Virus record (IMG/VR): IMGVR_UViG_3300021400_000252 | DNA from: a virus | Lineage: Duplodnaviria; Caudoviricetes | DNA: 64,000 bases | Direction: 5' to 3' (one strand) | Shown: in pieces, positions 9,616 through 18,590 of the stretch | Numbering within the stretch: position 1 is the stretch's first letter | Layout of the letters: every line of letters begins with the position of its first letter | Translations under genes and position numbers: made by a program | Notes under the pieces: model-generated | Told to the model about the DNA's origin: nothing | The model's input: only the letters and a program-made list of their open reading frames with translations | Database searches by the model: none

Positions 9616-10053
9616 ATGAATAAATATTCACAATTCAATGCAGAACAAGTTTTAAAGGAAGTTAACAGATTACTTAATTGTTATTCAGGACCTTACCTAA
9701 TTGAGTATGTATGTAAGGAGTTAAGTATATTTGACTGGTGGCCTAGAACGTTATCTAAGTCAAGATTAAATCAAATGAAATCATTCTTAACACAAGCAAT
9801 CAAGAGAGGTTATAAAGGTTATGTATGTTTCAAGGTAGGCGATACTGGATGTGCAAATGGTATGTGGGCACATAAGGAAGAAAGTACTAATGGTTATTCT
9901 CCAGATGGTGATTGCTTATATCACTCATTCACTCCAGAATATACTTACTGGTCAGTTAATCAAAATGGAACTTGGTACCCTACTAATGAACAAAAGTTTG
10001 ACTCAGTTAAAACTTTAAAACAACTAGATGCATTGTATGAAAGTTTAAATTAA
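9616..10053 (+). CDS. hypothetical early protein
   Basis: GGAGG RBS; promoter at 9556. Confidence 0.8.
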   Translation: MNKYSQFNAEQVLKEVNRLLNCYSGPYLIEYVCKELSIFDWWPRTLSKSRLNQMKSFLTQAIKRGYKGYVCFKVGDTGCANGMWAHKEESTNGYSPDGDCLYHSFTPEYTYWSVNQNGTWYPTNEQKFDSVKTLKQLDALYESLN

Positions 10054-10100
10054 GAGGTGGAATATTCCACTTCTTTTTTTTATTCACTCAGGAGTTAGGA

Positions 10101-10166
10101 TTTCGGAGTCTATGTTTTGATTGTGAATTATAATTAAACTAAAAATAATTAGTCACCTACAAACCT
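10101..10166. repeat. intergenic A/B repeat cassette copy 4
   Basis: TTTCGGAGTCTATGTTTT 10101-10118; AACTAAAAATAATTAGTCACCTACAAACCT from 10137. Confidence 0.8.
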
Positions 10167-10261
10167 TGCCTGGATAAAAATAAAAATATTTTATAAAAAG
10201 TATTTACATATTTATTAAAACATGATATAATAATAATGTAGAAAGATAGAGGTGTATACTT

Positions 10262-10411
10262 ATGAAACCTAAAAAGAAAAGAAAGTTAAGAAATCCTATT
10301 CACTTTGCTATCATAACAAGTGGTACACATATGAACTTGACTAAGACAAAGCGAGAGAAAAAGGAACAAGAAGATAAGAAACAAAAGATGAAAGGTTGGA
10401 GTGAAGAATAA
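10262..10411 (+). CDS. small basic peptide (49 aa), not in ORF track
   Basis: GAGGTG RBS; MKPKKKRKLRNPIHF...; TAATG overlap with next gene. Confidence 0.7.
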   Translation: MKPKKKRKLRNPIHFAIITSGTHMNLTKTKREKKEQEDKKQKMKGWSEE

Positions 10412-10884
10412 TGAGTGAGATGGAAAGAATTAAAGCAGTCAGATTAAGATTACCTAAAGAAATTAGTTCTATGAAATTTAGAAATGAGAAGTATGATTGT
10501 GATGATGATATACAAGAATATCTAGATAGACCTGAGTTTAGTGATATCGTAGATTGGAAGAAGCCTGGAAAGTTCATGTCTAGTTATGGTGCAAGCTTAA
10601 TTAAGGTTAATGGAGACTGGCAATCTCTTCATGAATATTACATAGATTTTCTTTTAGATAGAGGATGGGATGAAGCAGGTGAATTTACTAAGTCTAGAGA
10701 ATTAACAGATAATGAATTAGTAAAATATATACCTAAGTTTAAAGCATTCTTCGAAGCCGTCAAATTGCCTTGTCCAGAATTAAGCAAGGAAACAATACGA
10801 GTTGTTGAGTATTGTTATTACAATGGAAGCGACGCACCAGTATGCTTCGATACAACAACAGATCCATTCTATGATGAAGTATAA
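10411..10884 (+). CDS. hypothetical protein
   Basis: Coupled ORF. Confidence 0.8.
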   Translation: MSEMERIKAVRLRLPKEISSMKFRNEKYDCDDDIQEYLDRPEFSDIVDWKKPGKFMSSYGASLIKVNGDWQSLHEYYIDFLLDRGWDEAGEFTKSRELTDNELVKYIPKFKAFFEAVKLPCPELSKETIRVVEYCYYNGSDAPVCFDTTTDPFYDEV

Positions 10885-10949
10885 AATAATTTAAAAAAAT
10901 ATAAAAAAGATATTTACATTTCAATTAATTTGGTGTATAATATAAATGT

Positions 10950-12150
10950 ATCAAGATGAAGCAAGCTTATAAATGTCCACTTCTATGTAGGAAGTCATGA
11001 GCCGAGGTAGTTGAGGAAGTATATAAGTTAGGGCTTGAAACTATCGTAAGAGACTATTCGCATACCGGTCAATACGTACAACTACTCTTATTAGTGGAGT
11101 TAATTCGAATATACAGCCATCTTGATCGTCTCTAAGAATATATAATATTAAATGTGAGAATAAACTATCGGTCCAGCATCTCCGAAAGATTCGGCCGAGT
11201 TTGATATTATATATTGCTAGAGGCGAAAACTATTCTGTGCGCCCTAAGCCGCGGAATAGAATAAACCTCTGGCGGTGGTGAGATTACTAAGAATATCTTA
11301 GTCAGTCTCTAAGAGTATATGAGCATATGCAGTTAAGTCTGCCCAACAAGTTCGTATACTGCTAGAGGCCGAGGACATAGTCGAGTAGGTGGCACGATTT
11401 AGATTTTTTCCTGCCGAGTGGAAAGATAAGTATCAGCTAGCGAAGGCCAAGCGAAAAGTCAGACAAGCGACCTGCTGATGCGATATTACCATATGAAATT
11501 TTAAACTAAATAATATTATAGCGGGTATGACGTAAAAGGTGTAGCACGCACAAGCAAGTATTTATACATGAGATTAATTCTCTAAGGCTAAAGGTTATGT
11601 AATTCCGGAATAAGTAATCAAAGCCTGTACCTTACAATTGTGGTGACAGTAGTCGTAATAAAGTTGCATCGACGCAACAAGCTAGAGTAATCTAGTGGGG
11701 ATGGCCCGACCGAGTCGTACCGGGTATAATGTTATTTAGTAATAGTTAATATCAAGACGAACAACATGTTAGATGCGCAGCTATTTGTTGAGAGGTTCGT
11801 GCTGGAGTGACAGTCTTCGGATAAGGATGAAGAGCAGAATATCCCATCGCTAGATGAATGCCGACATAAGAAATACTGATGGGGTCGGATAGAATCAACC
11901 AAAGATATTAACTTATTAATTAACTAATATTGCACTGAGCCCAGCCGTTAAACAGAAAGCAGGACCGCTGAAAGTAGCAGAACGGTGGTTAGTATAGGAG
12001 GCGCCAAAGCTAAGACCGATTCCACAAGCACACGACTCTGATAGCTACAGAGAGAGCTGGACCTTGTGCAATGTTAGTTAGTATTGAAACATCAATCATT
12101 CTTATACCCTCCTTTCTGAAAAAGCTTTAGATTAATTTCTAAAGTTTTTT
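10950..12150 (+). ncRNA. polycistronic cassette of structured non-coding RNA domains
   Basis: Promoter at 10913-10941 not followed by an RBS/ORF; GC visibly above background; successive closing helices (10950/11126, 11127/11225, 11305/11369, 11505/11740, 11744/11913, 11921/12080); terminator 12119-12150. Confidence 0.8.
12119..12150 (+). terminator. terminator closing the ncRNA cassette (possibly bidirectional)
   Basis: AAAAAGCTTTAGA-ttaatt-TCTAAAGTTTTTT. Confidence 0.75.
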
Positions 12151-12219
12151 CGTTTATATATTTACAAATCAATTGTTTTATGGTATAATATATATGAAGA
12201 TAGAAAGAGGTGTATAAGT

Positions 12220-12834
12220 ATGAAAGATAAATTAACATATGTTATGAGTTTTGTAGGTAAGAGAATTGTATTTGATGTAGGTTGGTTTGATTATTATACT
12301 GGAGTAATTAAATCAGTTGAAGTGACAGGAAACCAATATAAGTATGAAGTTAAATTAGTAGTAGATAATATTTTAAATTATGACAGCACGCATCGTGATG
12401 GTCACAGGCCAGATTTTAGAACTACTGATACAGTATTATTAGATAACTATTTAAACTATCATCGTCAACGCTGGGGCATGTGGGCATTAGCCGATTCTAA
12501 AGCAGGTAAAGATTTAATGTATAGAATTGAAAGAACATGGGATAAGAGAACTAAAGATAAATATCCAGATCCTTACGATCCAAACAGTTTAACAGAACCT
12601 AATAAAATGTTTTATGATATGTTAGTGGAAAGAAAGGAAGCAGGCCTACCAACCTATGTTAGAACTAAGTATCGCGATGATAGCGAAGACTATAGATTAG
12701 AAAAGGTTGAAGCTAAAGATTATAAAGTAGATGTATTTAGAGGTAAGGCTTATGTAGTATTTGCAACCATTGCCTATGCTCATAGAGTTAAAGCTACTAA
12801 CTTTAATAAGAAATATTTCTTTGAGGAAATGTAA
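12220..12834 (+). CDS. hypothetical early protein
   Basis: GAGGTG RBS; promoter at 12161. Confidence 0.8.
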   Translation: MKDKLTYVMSFVGKRIVFDVGWFDYYTGVIKSVEVTGNQYKYEVKLVVDNILNYDSTHRDGHRPDFRTTDTVLLDNYLNYHRQRWGMWALADSKAGKDLMYRIERTWDKRTKDKYPDPYDPNSLTEPNKMFYDMLVERKEAGLPTYVRTKYRDDSEDYRLEKVEAKDYKVDVFRGKAYVVFATIAYAHRVKATNFNKKYFFEEM

Positions 12835-12903
12835 AATAACTATTTACATTCCTTTTCTTTTATGATATAATATAATTGAAAATAAATAAGGAGGACTATA
12901 ATT

Positions 12904-13227
12904 ATGGAAACTAATATTAATAATTATACTTTTGTAGAAGTAGAGGAAAAGATTTGTGAATTTTGTGGTAGTATAAATAGTTATGATAAAACTAATACTT
13001 GTAGAAATTGTGGTGCTAATCAATATAGAATTAATAAGGTTAGAGTAAAAACATTTAAGCCAACTTCAAAGCCTATTATTAAATCTAATCCAGTGCCAAA
13101 GACTAGCTCAAAAAAAGATGAAGATGCAGATACTACTAGAAAAATTGTAGGAGGCGCAATAGCTGCTATTGTTATAGTTTTATTTATATATATACCAATT
13201 ATTACTCTTATAAGTATATATGGATAA
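12904..13227 (+). CDS. zinc-ribbon protein with C-terminal transmembrane anchor
   Basis: CEFCG...CRNCGA plus hydrophobic C-terminus. Confidence 0.8.
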   Translation: METNINNYTFVEVEEKICEFCGSINSYDKTNTCRNCGANQYRINKVRVKTFKPTSKPIIKSNPVPKTSSKKDEDADTTRKIVGGAIAAIVIVLFIYIPIITLISIYG

Positions 13228-13308
13228 ATAAAAAAGTTAGAGGAAAAGTATTTACATTTCCTCTTTTTTGTGGTATAATATAATTGTAATAAGATAGAGG
13301 TGATTAGA

Positions 13309-13542
13309 ATGAGTAGATGGTTATCTATCGCTCCAACATGGTGGGAGTTATTAAGAAGTATTTTAAAACAAGGATATGTATATATTAAATATAATGGTGA
13401 GATTCATCAATGCAAAGTAGAGAATAAAGGTTGGGAAGATTATCCTAGACTTGAATTAGCTTGGCATTATACTTATCCTATTAAACTAATTGAAAGAGAT
13501 TATAAAATTACTTGGTCTAAGAATAGAGAAGACTTAGAATAA
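13309..13542 (+). CDS. hypothetical protein (DYxxTW C-terminal motif)
   Basis: GAGGTG RBS; ends DYKITWSKNREDLE. Confidence 0.75.
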   Translation: MSRWLSIAPTWWELLRSILKQGYVYIKYNGEIHQCKVENKGWEDYPRLELAWHYTYPIKLIERDYKITWSKNREDLE

Positions 13543-13559
13543 GAAGGAGGACTAATTAT

Positions 13560-13871
13560 ATGTTTATAAATACTTATGTAGAGAAGGATGTATATAGTGC
13601 TGGTTCAGGCTGGGAAAGAAAGGTGTGCTTAACAGGTAATAAGATTAATTCTAATATTATTACTGAAGTTCAATCTTTAGATAAAGATAAGGTAAATCAA
13701 TATGAATATAATAATTATGTAAAGGTAATAACTAATCAAAAGAAAGGTAAATCTTCATTTGGTTTTATTGGAGCTTTATTTGTATTAGTGTTTCCAATGT
13801 GGCATTCATATTCATATAAAGAGTATATTGTTTCTAAACAGGATTTAGATAAGGTTATTAATAATAACTAA
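13560..13871 (+). CDS. hypothetical protein with hydrophobic segment
   Basis: GGAGG RBS. Confidence 0.75.
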   Translation: MFINTYVEKDVYSAGSGWERKVCLTGNKINSNIITEVQSLDKDKVNQYEYNNYVKVITNQKKGKSSFGFIGALFVLVFPMWHSYSYKEYIVSKQDLDKVINNN

Positions 13872-13911
13872 TATTATTGTTGTATAAATAATTATAAGAG
13901 GTGAGTAATAT

Positions 13912-14250
13912 ATGGCTGATAAAAGACCGCTTGAAAAGATAGTAACAATAGCAGCAGGACCTATAAGTTTAGTTCCTTTTGAAGATAAAAATAATGTACA
14001 GTATTATAAAATAATAACTCACGCTCATAATGGTAAGGTATTAAAAAGAAAGTATGCTGTATTAGCAACTATCCGTAGAACAACTAGGAACTGTACTATT
14101 ATATTTCAAGGCGGCTATGCTATAACTCCAGAAGATTGTCATGCTATACATATTATGTTCATGCATATCTCTAATTGGGACTATTGGTATAACTTCCAAA
14201 GAAACGGATGGTATGGAACTTGCCTACCTAAACAAGAGGAGAGTGAATAG
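13912..14250 (+). CDS. hypothetical protein
   Basis: GAGGTG RBS. Confidence 0.75.
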   Translation: MADKRPLEKIVTIAAGPISLVPFEDKNNVQYYKIITHAHNGKVLKRKYAVLATIRRTTRNCTIIFQGGYAITPEDCHAIHIMFMHISNWDYWYNFQRNGWYGTCLPKQEESE

Positions 14251-14251
14251 T

Positions 14252-14437
14252 ATGACATTAATAGATTATTTAAATAAAGAAGCTGAGCTTAAATTAAAGC
14301 TACAAATGATAGATGATATATCTCGTAAGTATAATAAAGCAGATACTGAAAGCATGATTATTCATGAAGGCTTAAATGCTTTATTTAAAGAAACAGAAAA
14401 GGAACTAAAAAAGATAGAAAAGAAATTAGGTGTTTAA
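14252..14437 (+). CDS. small helical hypothetical protein
   Basis: ATG 14252 after GGAG. Confidence 0.7.
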   Translation: MTLIDYLNKEAELKLKLQMIDDISRKYNKADTESMIIHEGLNALFKETEKELKKIEKKLGV

Positions 14438-14438
14438 T

Positions 14439-14783
14439 ATGTTAAAGATAACTCATATAAAAAGACATGGTCTACAAGGAGAACATCAAACAAACCTTAA
14501 GACAGGTCGAGTTAACTATATAGGTCTATGTTCTTTTAGTCATTTAGATAGAATAAATTTTGTAAGAGATGGCTTGCACTATTCTATACAGATGGATGAT
14601 ATAGATGGAGATTACCAAGTAGCAGTGAGATGTAAGGAAGATAAGTATTTCTTTAAGCATCTTGGCTATGGCACTCAAACATTTATAGATTTATTATTTG
14701 GTTGGGATTGGCAGACTAAAGGAGCTACATATCAAACATTCCCTACTGATAAATTAGAAGCAGTTATATTTGGAGGTAAGTAA
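14439..14783 (+). CDS. hypothetical protein
   Basis: Coupled ORF. Confidence 0.75.
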   Translation: MLKITHIKRHGLQGEHQTNLKTGRVNYIGLCSFSHLDRINFVRDGLHYSIQMDDIDGDYQVAVRCKEDKYFFKHLGYGTQTFIDLLFGWDWQTKGATYQTFPTDKLEAVIFGGK

Positions 14784-14784
14784 T

Positions 14785-15117
14785 ATGCAAGATTATAATG
14801 AAGCATTAGAAACATTAAAAGATATGTTAATTGGTAATGGTGTAAATGATAATATCAACGATTATGTTGATAACTTGATTTTGCCTATCAAGCAAGCACT
14901 TAACGAAAAGGAAAGTAAACTTCTTATAGCAAAGAAATATGGATTCTTTGATGGATATAGTATGTGGAGAACAGATGAATTTATAGTTGACTATGATAGC
15001 GTAAGAAATGAATTTTGTTTAAGAAGTATTACTAATGGATATACACTTGGTAGAACAAGATTTTATGAGAGTGATTATAAGAAGACCTGGTGGCTTAAGG
15101 AAGACATGAGCAAATAA
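14785..15117 (+). CDS. hypothetical protein (DYxxTW C-terminal motif)
   Basis: GGAGG RBS; ends DYKKTWWLKEDMSK. Confidence 0.75.
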   Translation: MQDYNEALETLKDMLIGNGVNDNINDYVDNLILPIKQALNEKESKLLIAKKYGFFDGYSMWRTDEFIVDYDSVRNEFCLRSITNGYTLGRTRFYESDYKKTWWLKEDMSK

Positions 15118-15194
15118 TATTATAATAAAGTATTTACATTTCAAAATAAATATGGTATAATATACATGTAAGATAAATAAGGAGGTAGTGGATT

Positions 15195-15458
15195 ATGAAG
15201 GATATTAAGAATAGAATTGGCAGATTCAGATTAACCGAAATACATGAAGATACATATACTTATTCTATGGCTGACGAAGATGATAATCCATTTGTACTAA
15301 CTCAGTTTATGATAGATCTAGATGATAATACTTATACTCCTATTGAAAGACAAGAGATTACTTTCTATCCTAAGAGTGATGTAGAGATTAGTAATCTTCC
15401 TTTTACAGAAGAAGAGTTAGCTTACTTAAATGAATTAGGATTAAAGGAGAGAGAATAA
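15195..15458 (+). CDS. acidic hypothetical protein
   Basis: GGAGG RBS; promoter at 15133. Confidence 0.75.
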   Translation: MKDIKNRIGRFRLTEIHEDTYTYSMADEDDNPFVLTQFMIDLDDNTYTPIERQEITFYPKSDVEISNLPFTEEELAYLNELGLKERE

Positions 15459-15459
15459 C

Positions 15460-15663
15460 ATGAAGCAATATTATGTAGTATATGCAAGTAAGGATACTGG
15501 TTATTATCAGACTGCTTATTGGGTAGTGTGCGTTACAGAAGATGAATCTGTAGCAAAGGACTTATGTAAGAAGTTTGATTATGATTATAGTACTGAAACT
15601 GTAGGAGAAGAAAGAACTACTCCTGATGATGTAAGAAGAAGAGAACCACATGAGTTCAGATAA
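15460..15663 (+). CDS. hypothetical protein
   Basis: RBS; coupled ORF. Confidence 0.7.
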   Translation: MKQYYVVYASKDTGYYQTAYWVVCVTEDESVAKDLCKKFDYDYSTETVGEERTTPDDVRRREPHEFR

Positions 15664-15679
15664 TAAAGGAGAATAGTAT

Positions 15680-15958
15680 ATGAAGTGGATAGTTAAACGT
15701 TTTAGATTTTATTGTGTAGGTAAAGGTGATCCTGCTGGTGACTCAAAGGTAATAGGTTATAGTGATAAGACAGAGCAGGAATTGTTCGAGGTATTGGAAA
15801 AGGAATATCCTAACCTACCCATAAGAAAAGAAGTAGTTACTACTAGTAAGAGTGGTTGGGAAAGCTTTGATGGTTTTGATAAGAATGGAAAGAAAGACAA
15901 TAACTTCTTATATGAAGACTGTATATACTTTACCGCAAATACTTTAAAAGAGTTTTAA
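15680..15958 (+). CDS. hypothetical protein
   Basis: AGGAG RBS. Confidence 0.75.
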   Translation: MKWIVKRFRFYCVGKGDPAGDSKVIGYSDKTEQELFEVLEKEYPNLPIRKEVVTTSKSGWESFDGFDKNGKKDNNFLYEDCIYFTANTLKEF

Positions 15959-16049
15959 TGAGACAGAATAATATCTGTCTTTTTTATTATATGCTAAATT
16001 AACTGTAAACTTTATTGTTAATAAATGAACTAAATAGGAGATTAAATAT

Positions 16050-17045
16050 ATGAGAGATTTTTCAGATGCACTATTTGAAGATATAGCTGGCTATGGCTCT
16101 AGTTTAGATTGGGACTTTTGGTATGATCTATTCGATGAGAGTGCACCAGCAGCTATGTACGCAGCTAGAGAGATTGTTTATAGTTTAGTTGGAGATGCTG
16201 AAACAGCTAAGAAGTTATCTGATTGGGGAGCAGATCTAGAACTTGATGAGCAAGATGCATTAGACTCTTTAATTGCTGATGCACTAGAAGCTGCTAATGA
16301 ACATGAAGCTATGATGGATTATTATCATAACCCAGGCTTACGTATTACAATATCTAATAAAGTAGATGCAAAGAATAAAGAGTTAATTGATAAAGAACTT
16401 GCTAATGCTAGTGATGATGATAAGCACCAGATCTTATTCAATGCTATTAACTCATTAGTATTAAATGGTTGTTTATCTGAAGGTGTAAAAGGTAATCCAA
16501 AAGAAGATAAACTTGCTGAAAGCGGAATGCCTAGTTACCCAAAGAGAGATATTAACGAAGTACAAAAAGAAATAAGAGAATATATTAGTAAAGGTATGTA
16601 TCAATCAGCTGCTTCAGATATTTTTGAATATGGAATAATCGATGCTTATGGAAATAAATGGAATAACTTTAGTTGGAATGGTATTACAGCAAATGTTAAA
16701 AATTCTGATATAACATTATTTAAAGTATTTAATGATTATCCAGAATTCAAAGCTCTTGTTGAAGCTAATACTGGTAAACTAATTCTAGAAACTGTTACTG
16801 CTCATAATATGGCTCTAAATAATATTACTATTCATTTACATGTTGCTATCTTTAATACATTAACTACAAAGAGCCAAGCTTTAGAAGAGGTCAATAATAA
16901 ACTTAAAGCTGAAAAAGCACCTGAACAACCTAAACCTACAGCAGAGCCTGAACCTGAAGCAAAGAAAGATAATGATTTAACATCAGATGACCTTAACAAA
17001 GTTATATCTGACTTTAACTCAGCCATTTCAGACTTAGACTTTTAA
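16050..17045 (+). CDS. acidic late protein, possible virion/internal head protein
   Basis: TGCTAAATT at 15992, own terminator; LFE/LAES/ILE motifs. Confidence 0.75.
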   Translation: MRDFSDALFEDIAGYGSSLDWDFWYDLFDESAPAAMYAAREIVYSLVGDAETAKKLSDWGADLELDEQDALDSLIADALEAANEHEAMMDYYHNPGLRITISNKVDAKNKELIDKELANASDDDKHQILFNAINSLVLNGCLSEGVKGNPKEDKLAESGMPSYPKRDINEVQKEIREYISKGMYQSAASDIFEYGIIDAYGNKWNNFSWNGITANVKNSDITLFKVFNDYPEFKALVEANTGKLILETVTAHNMALNNITIHLHVAIFNTLTTKSQALEEVNNKLKAEKAPEQPKPTAEPEPEAKKDNDLTSDDLNKVISDFNSAISDLDF

Positions 17046-17163
17046 ATTATAAATAATTATTAAGAGCTTTTAATTAAGCTCTTTTTTTATTTTCTTTAAA
17101 AAATATATTTACATTCTAATGGTTTTAATGTATAATATAAATATAAAGAAGAGGTGAAAGAAG

Positions 17164-17541
17164 ATGAAGGTAAAGAGTATAGATGATTATGGAATATATT
17201 TTGATAATGGAGATTTTATGGGTTATGAACATTGTCCAGATTGTTGTGAGATTAACTGGCCGGACTTCAGACAATTAAAGGATACTGGAATATTTAATGA
17301 AAAGTTTACTACTCCATTAACATTTGAAAAGTGTAATTATGGTTTTAGATTTGGTAATGAAGGAAAGATGTATTATGTTCCTTGCTATACAGACCAAAAT
17401 GGTTATTATAGTAGTGAAGTAGAGATTCAATACTTTGACCATGTTACTAAGGAATCTTCTTATGTATTAGAGGATGTTGATTGTGAGGATGAAAGCTATT
17501 ATGAATGGGATACAAAGAATGACTTTGTAAAGGTGAACTAA
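17164..17541 (+). CDS. hypothetical phage protein (DCCE...NGYYS motif)
   Basis: GAGGTG RBS; promoter at 17108. Confidence 0.8.
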   Translation: MKVKSIDDYGIYFDNGDFMGYEHCPDCCEINWPDFRQLKDTGIFNEKFTTPLTFEKCNYGFRFGNEGKMYYVPCYTDQNGYYSSEVEIQYFDHVTKESSYVLEDVDCEDESYYEWDTKNDFVKVN

Positions 17542-17542
17542 T

Positions 17543-17728
17543 ATGAAGCAAGTAAAGTTTAAAGGTAAAGTGAATGGTAAGATTGTAAGAGGTTATTGGT
17601 TCTGTGCAGTCAGACCCATGCGAGCTCAGACTATTGCTGAGAGACTTGTAGGAGATAGGATTACTAACTTTATGTTTGTTATTAAAGATATTAAAGAACA
17701 TATAATTAAATGTGAGGTGACTGAATAG
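17543..17728 (+). CDS. hypothetical protein
   Basis: Coupled ORF. Confidence 0.65.
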   Translation: MKQVKFKGKVNGKIVRGYWFCAVRPMRAQTIAERLVGDRITNFMFVIKDIKEHIIKCEVTE

Positions 17729-17970
17729 TGAAAAAGAAAATTAGAGATTTAACTATTAAGGAAATGAAGCGCGAAGTTGCAGTCCTAGATCATTTACAAA
17801 AATATCCTGAAAGATATTATGTTATGAAGTATGCAGTAAAAATTAATAAAGATCATATTTCTAATTTATTTAAATTTAAACTTAGTAAGAAATATCTTAA
17901 TAGCAAGATTGAACAAGACGTATTAAATGTTTTAAATCAAGATATCTTAGATCAAGAAATCGAGGTATAA
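17728..17970 (+). CDS. hypothetical protein
   Basis: GAGGTG RBS, GTG start. Confidence 0.7.
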   Translation: MKKKIRDLTIKEMKREVAVLDHLQKYPERYYVMKYAVKINKDHISNLFKFKLSKKYLNSKIEQDVLNVLNQDILDQEIEV

Positions 17971-17974
17971 GAAA

Positions 17975-18139
17975 ATGAGTAAAGAAGAAATTATAGAAGA
18001 AATTAAAGAAAACCTTGAAGACTATATTCTTCAGTCTGATGTAGACTCTTATATTAAAGGTTATCTAGATGCCCTATGTAAAATTTATGAAATAACTTGG
18101 GATGAAAGATATGAAATTGAAGAGGCACTAAAGTTTTAG
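17975..18139 (+). CDS. small acidic protein (54 aa), not in ORF track
   Basis: GAGG RBS; MSKEEIIEEIKE...ALKF. Confidence 0.7.
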   Translation: MSKEEIIEEIKENLEDYILQSDVDSYIKGYLDALCKIYEITWDERYEIEEALKF

Positions 18140-18152
18140 AGGTGAATTAATA

Positions 18153-18359
18153 ATGAAACAAATGATCGAGACTTATAAAACTATAGATGATCTAGAACGA
18201 AGTTTACCATTTTGGAATGAAAGAGGTTATAGACTATCTAATATATTTTGGAAGTCTATAGAAAATGTAGTTGGTAGCAGATATAGTACTCATACTTATT
18301 CAGATTATTCTATAGTTGTTGTGTATGATAAAATAGAAGAAGGTAAAGGTGATAATTAA
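18153..18359 (+). CDS. hypothetical protein
   Basis: GAGGTG RBS. Confidence 0.7.
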   Translation: MKQMIETYKTIDDLERSLPFWNERGYRLSNIFWKSIENVVGSRYSTHTYSDYSIVVVYDKIEEGKGDN

Positions 18360-18571
18360 TGAAGACTCAATTTATTTTTAGAGATGAAGAAACTGAAAAG
18401 TTATATAAGAAGACTATGAAGATGATTGCAAACAATATTGATCAGTATGGAACAATAGAGTTATCTAATTTGTATAGTATCTATGATGAGGTGTTCACAT
18501 CTTGTAAAGAATTGTATGGTAAGTATCATATCATTCGTGGAGATGGTGTTCATAGAATTGATATTATTTAA
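18359..18571 (+). CDS. hypothetical protein
   Basis: TAATG coupling. Confidence 0.7.
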   Translation: MKTQFIFRDEETEKLYKKTMKMIANNIDQYGTIELSNLYSIYDEVFTSCKELYGKYHIIRGDGVHRIDII

Positions 18572-18590
18572 AGGAAAATGGTGAGTAAAG

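Noticed and set aside
813-10166. A/B repeats as CRISPR repeats or IS ends
   Set aside because: They are kilobases apart with genes between them, and there is no cas or transposase gene in the window.
10262-10411. Basic peptide as an ArfA/BrfA-like ribosome rescue factor
   Set aside because: The similarity is only compositional; the KGKGS-type motif is absent.
10950-12150. tRNA cluster, CRISPR array or group I/II intron in the ncRNA region
   Set aside because: I found no cloverleaf with a TTCGA T-loop and acceptor stem, and no regularly spaced identical repeats. GAGCCG near 10999 lacks the rest of a group II domain V, and no host gene is interrupted.
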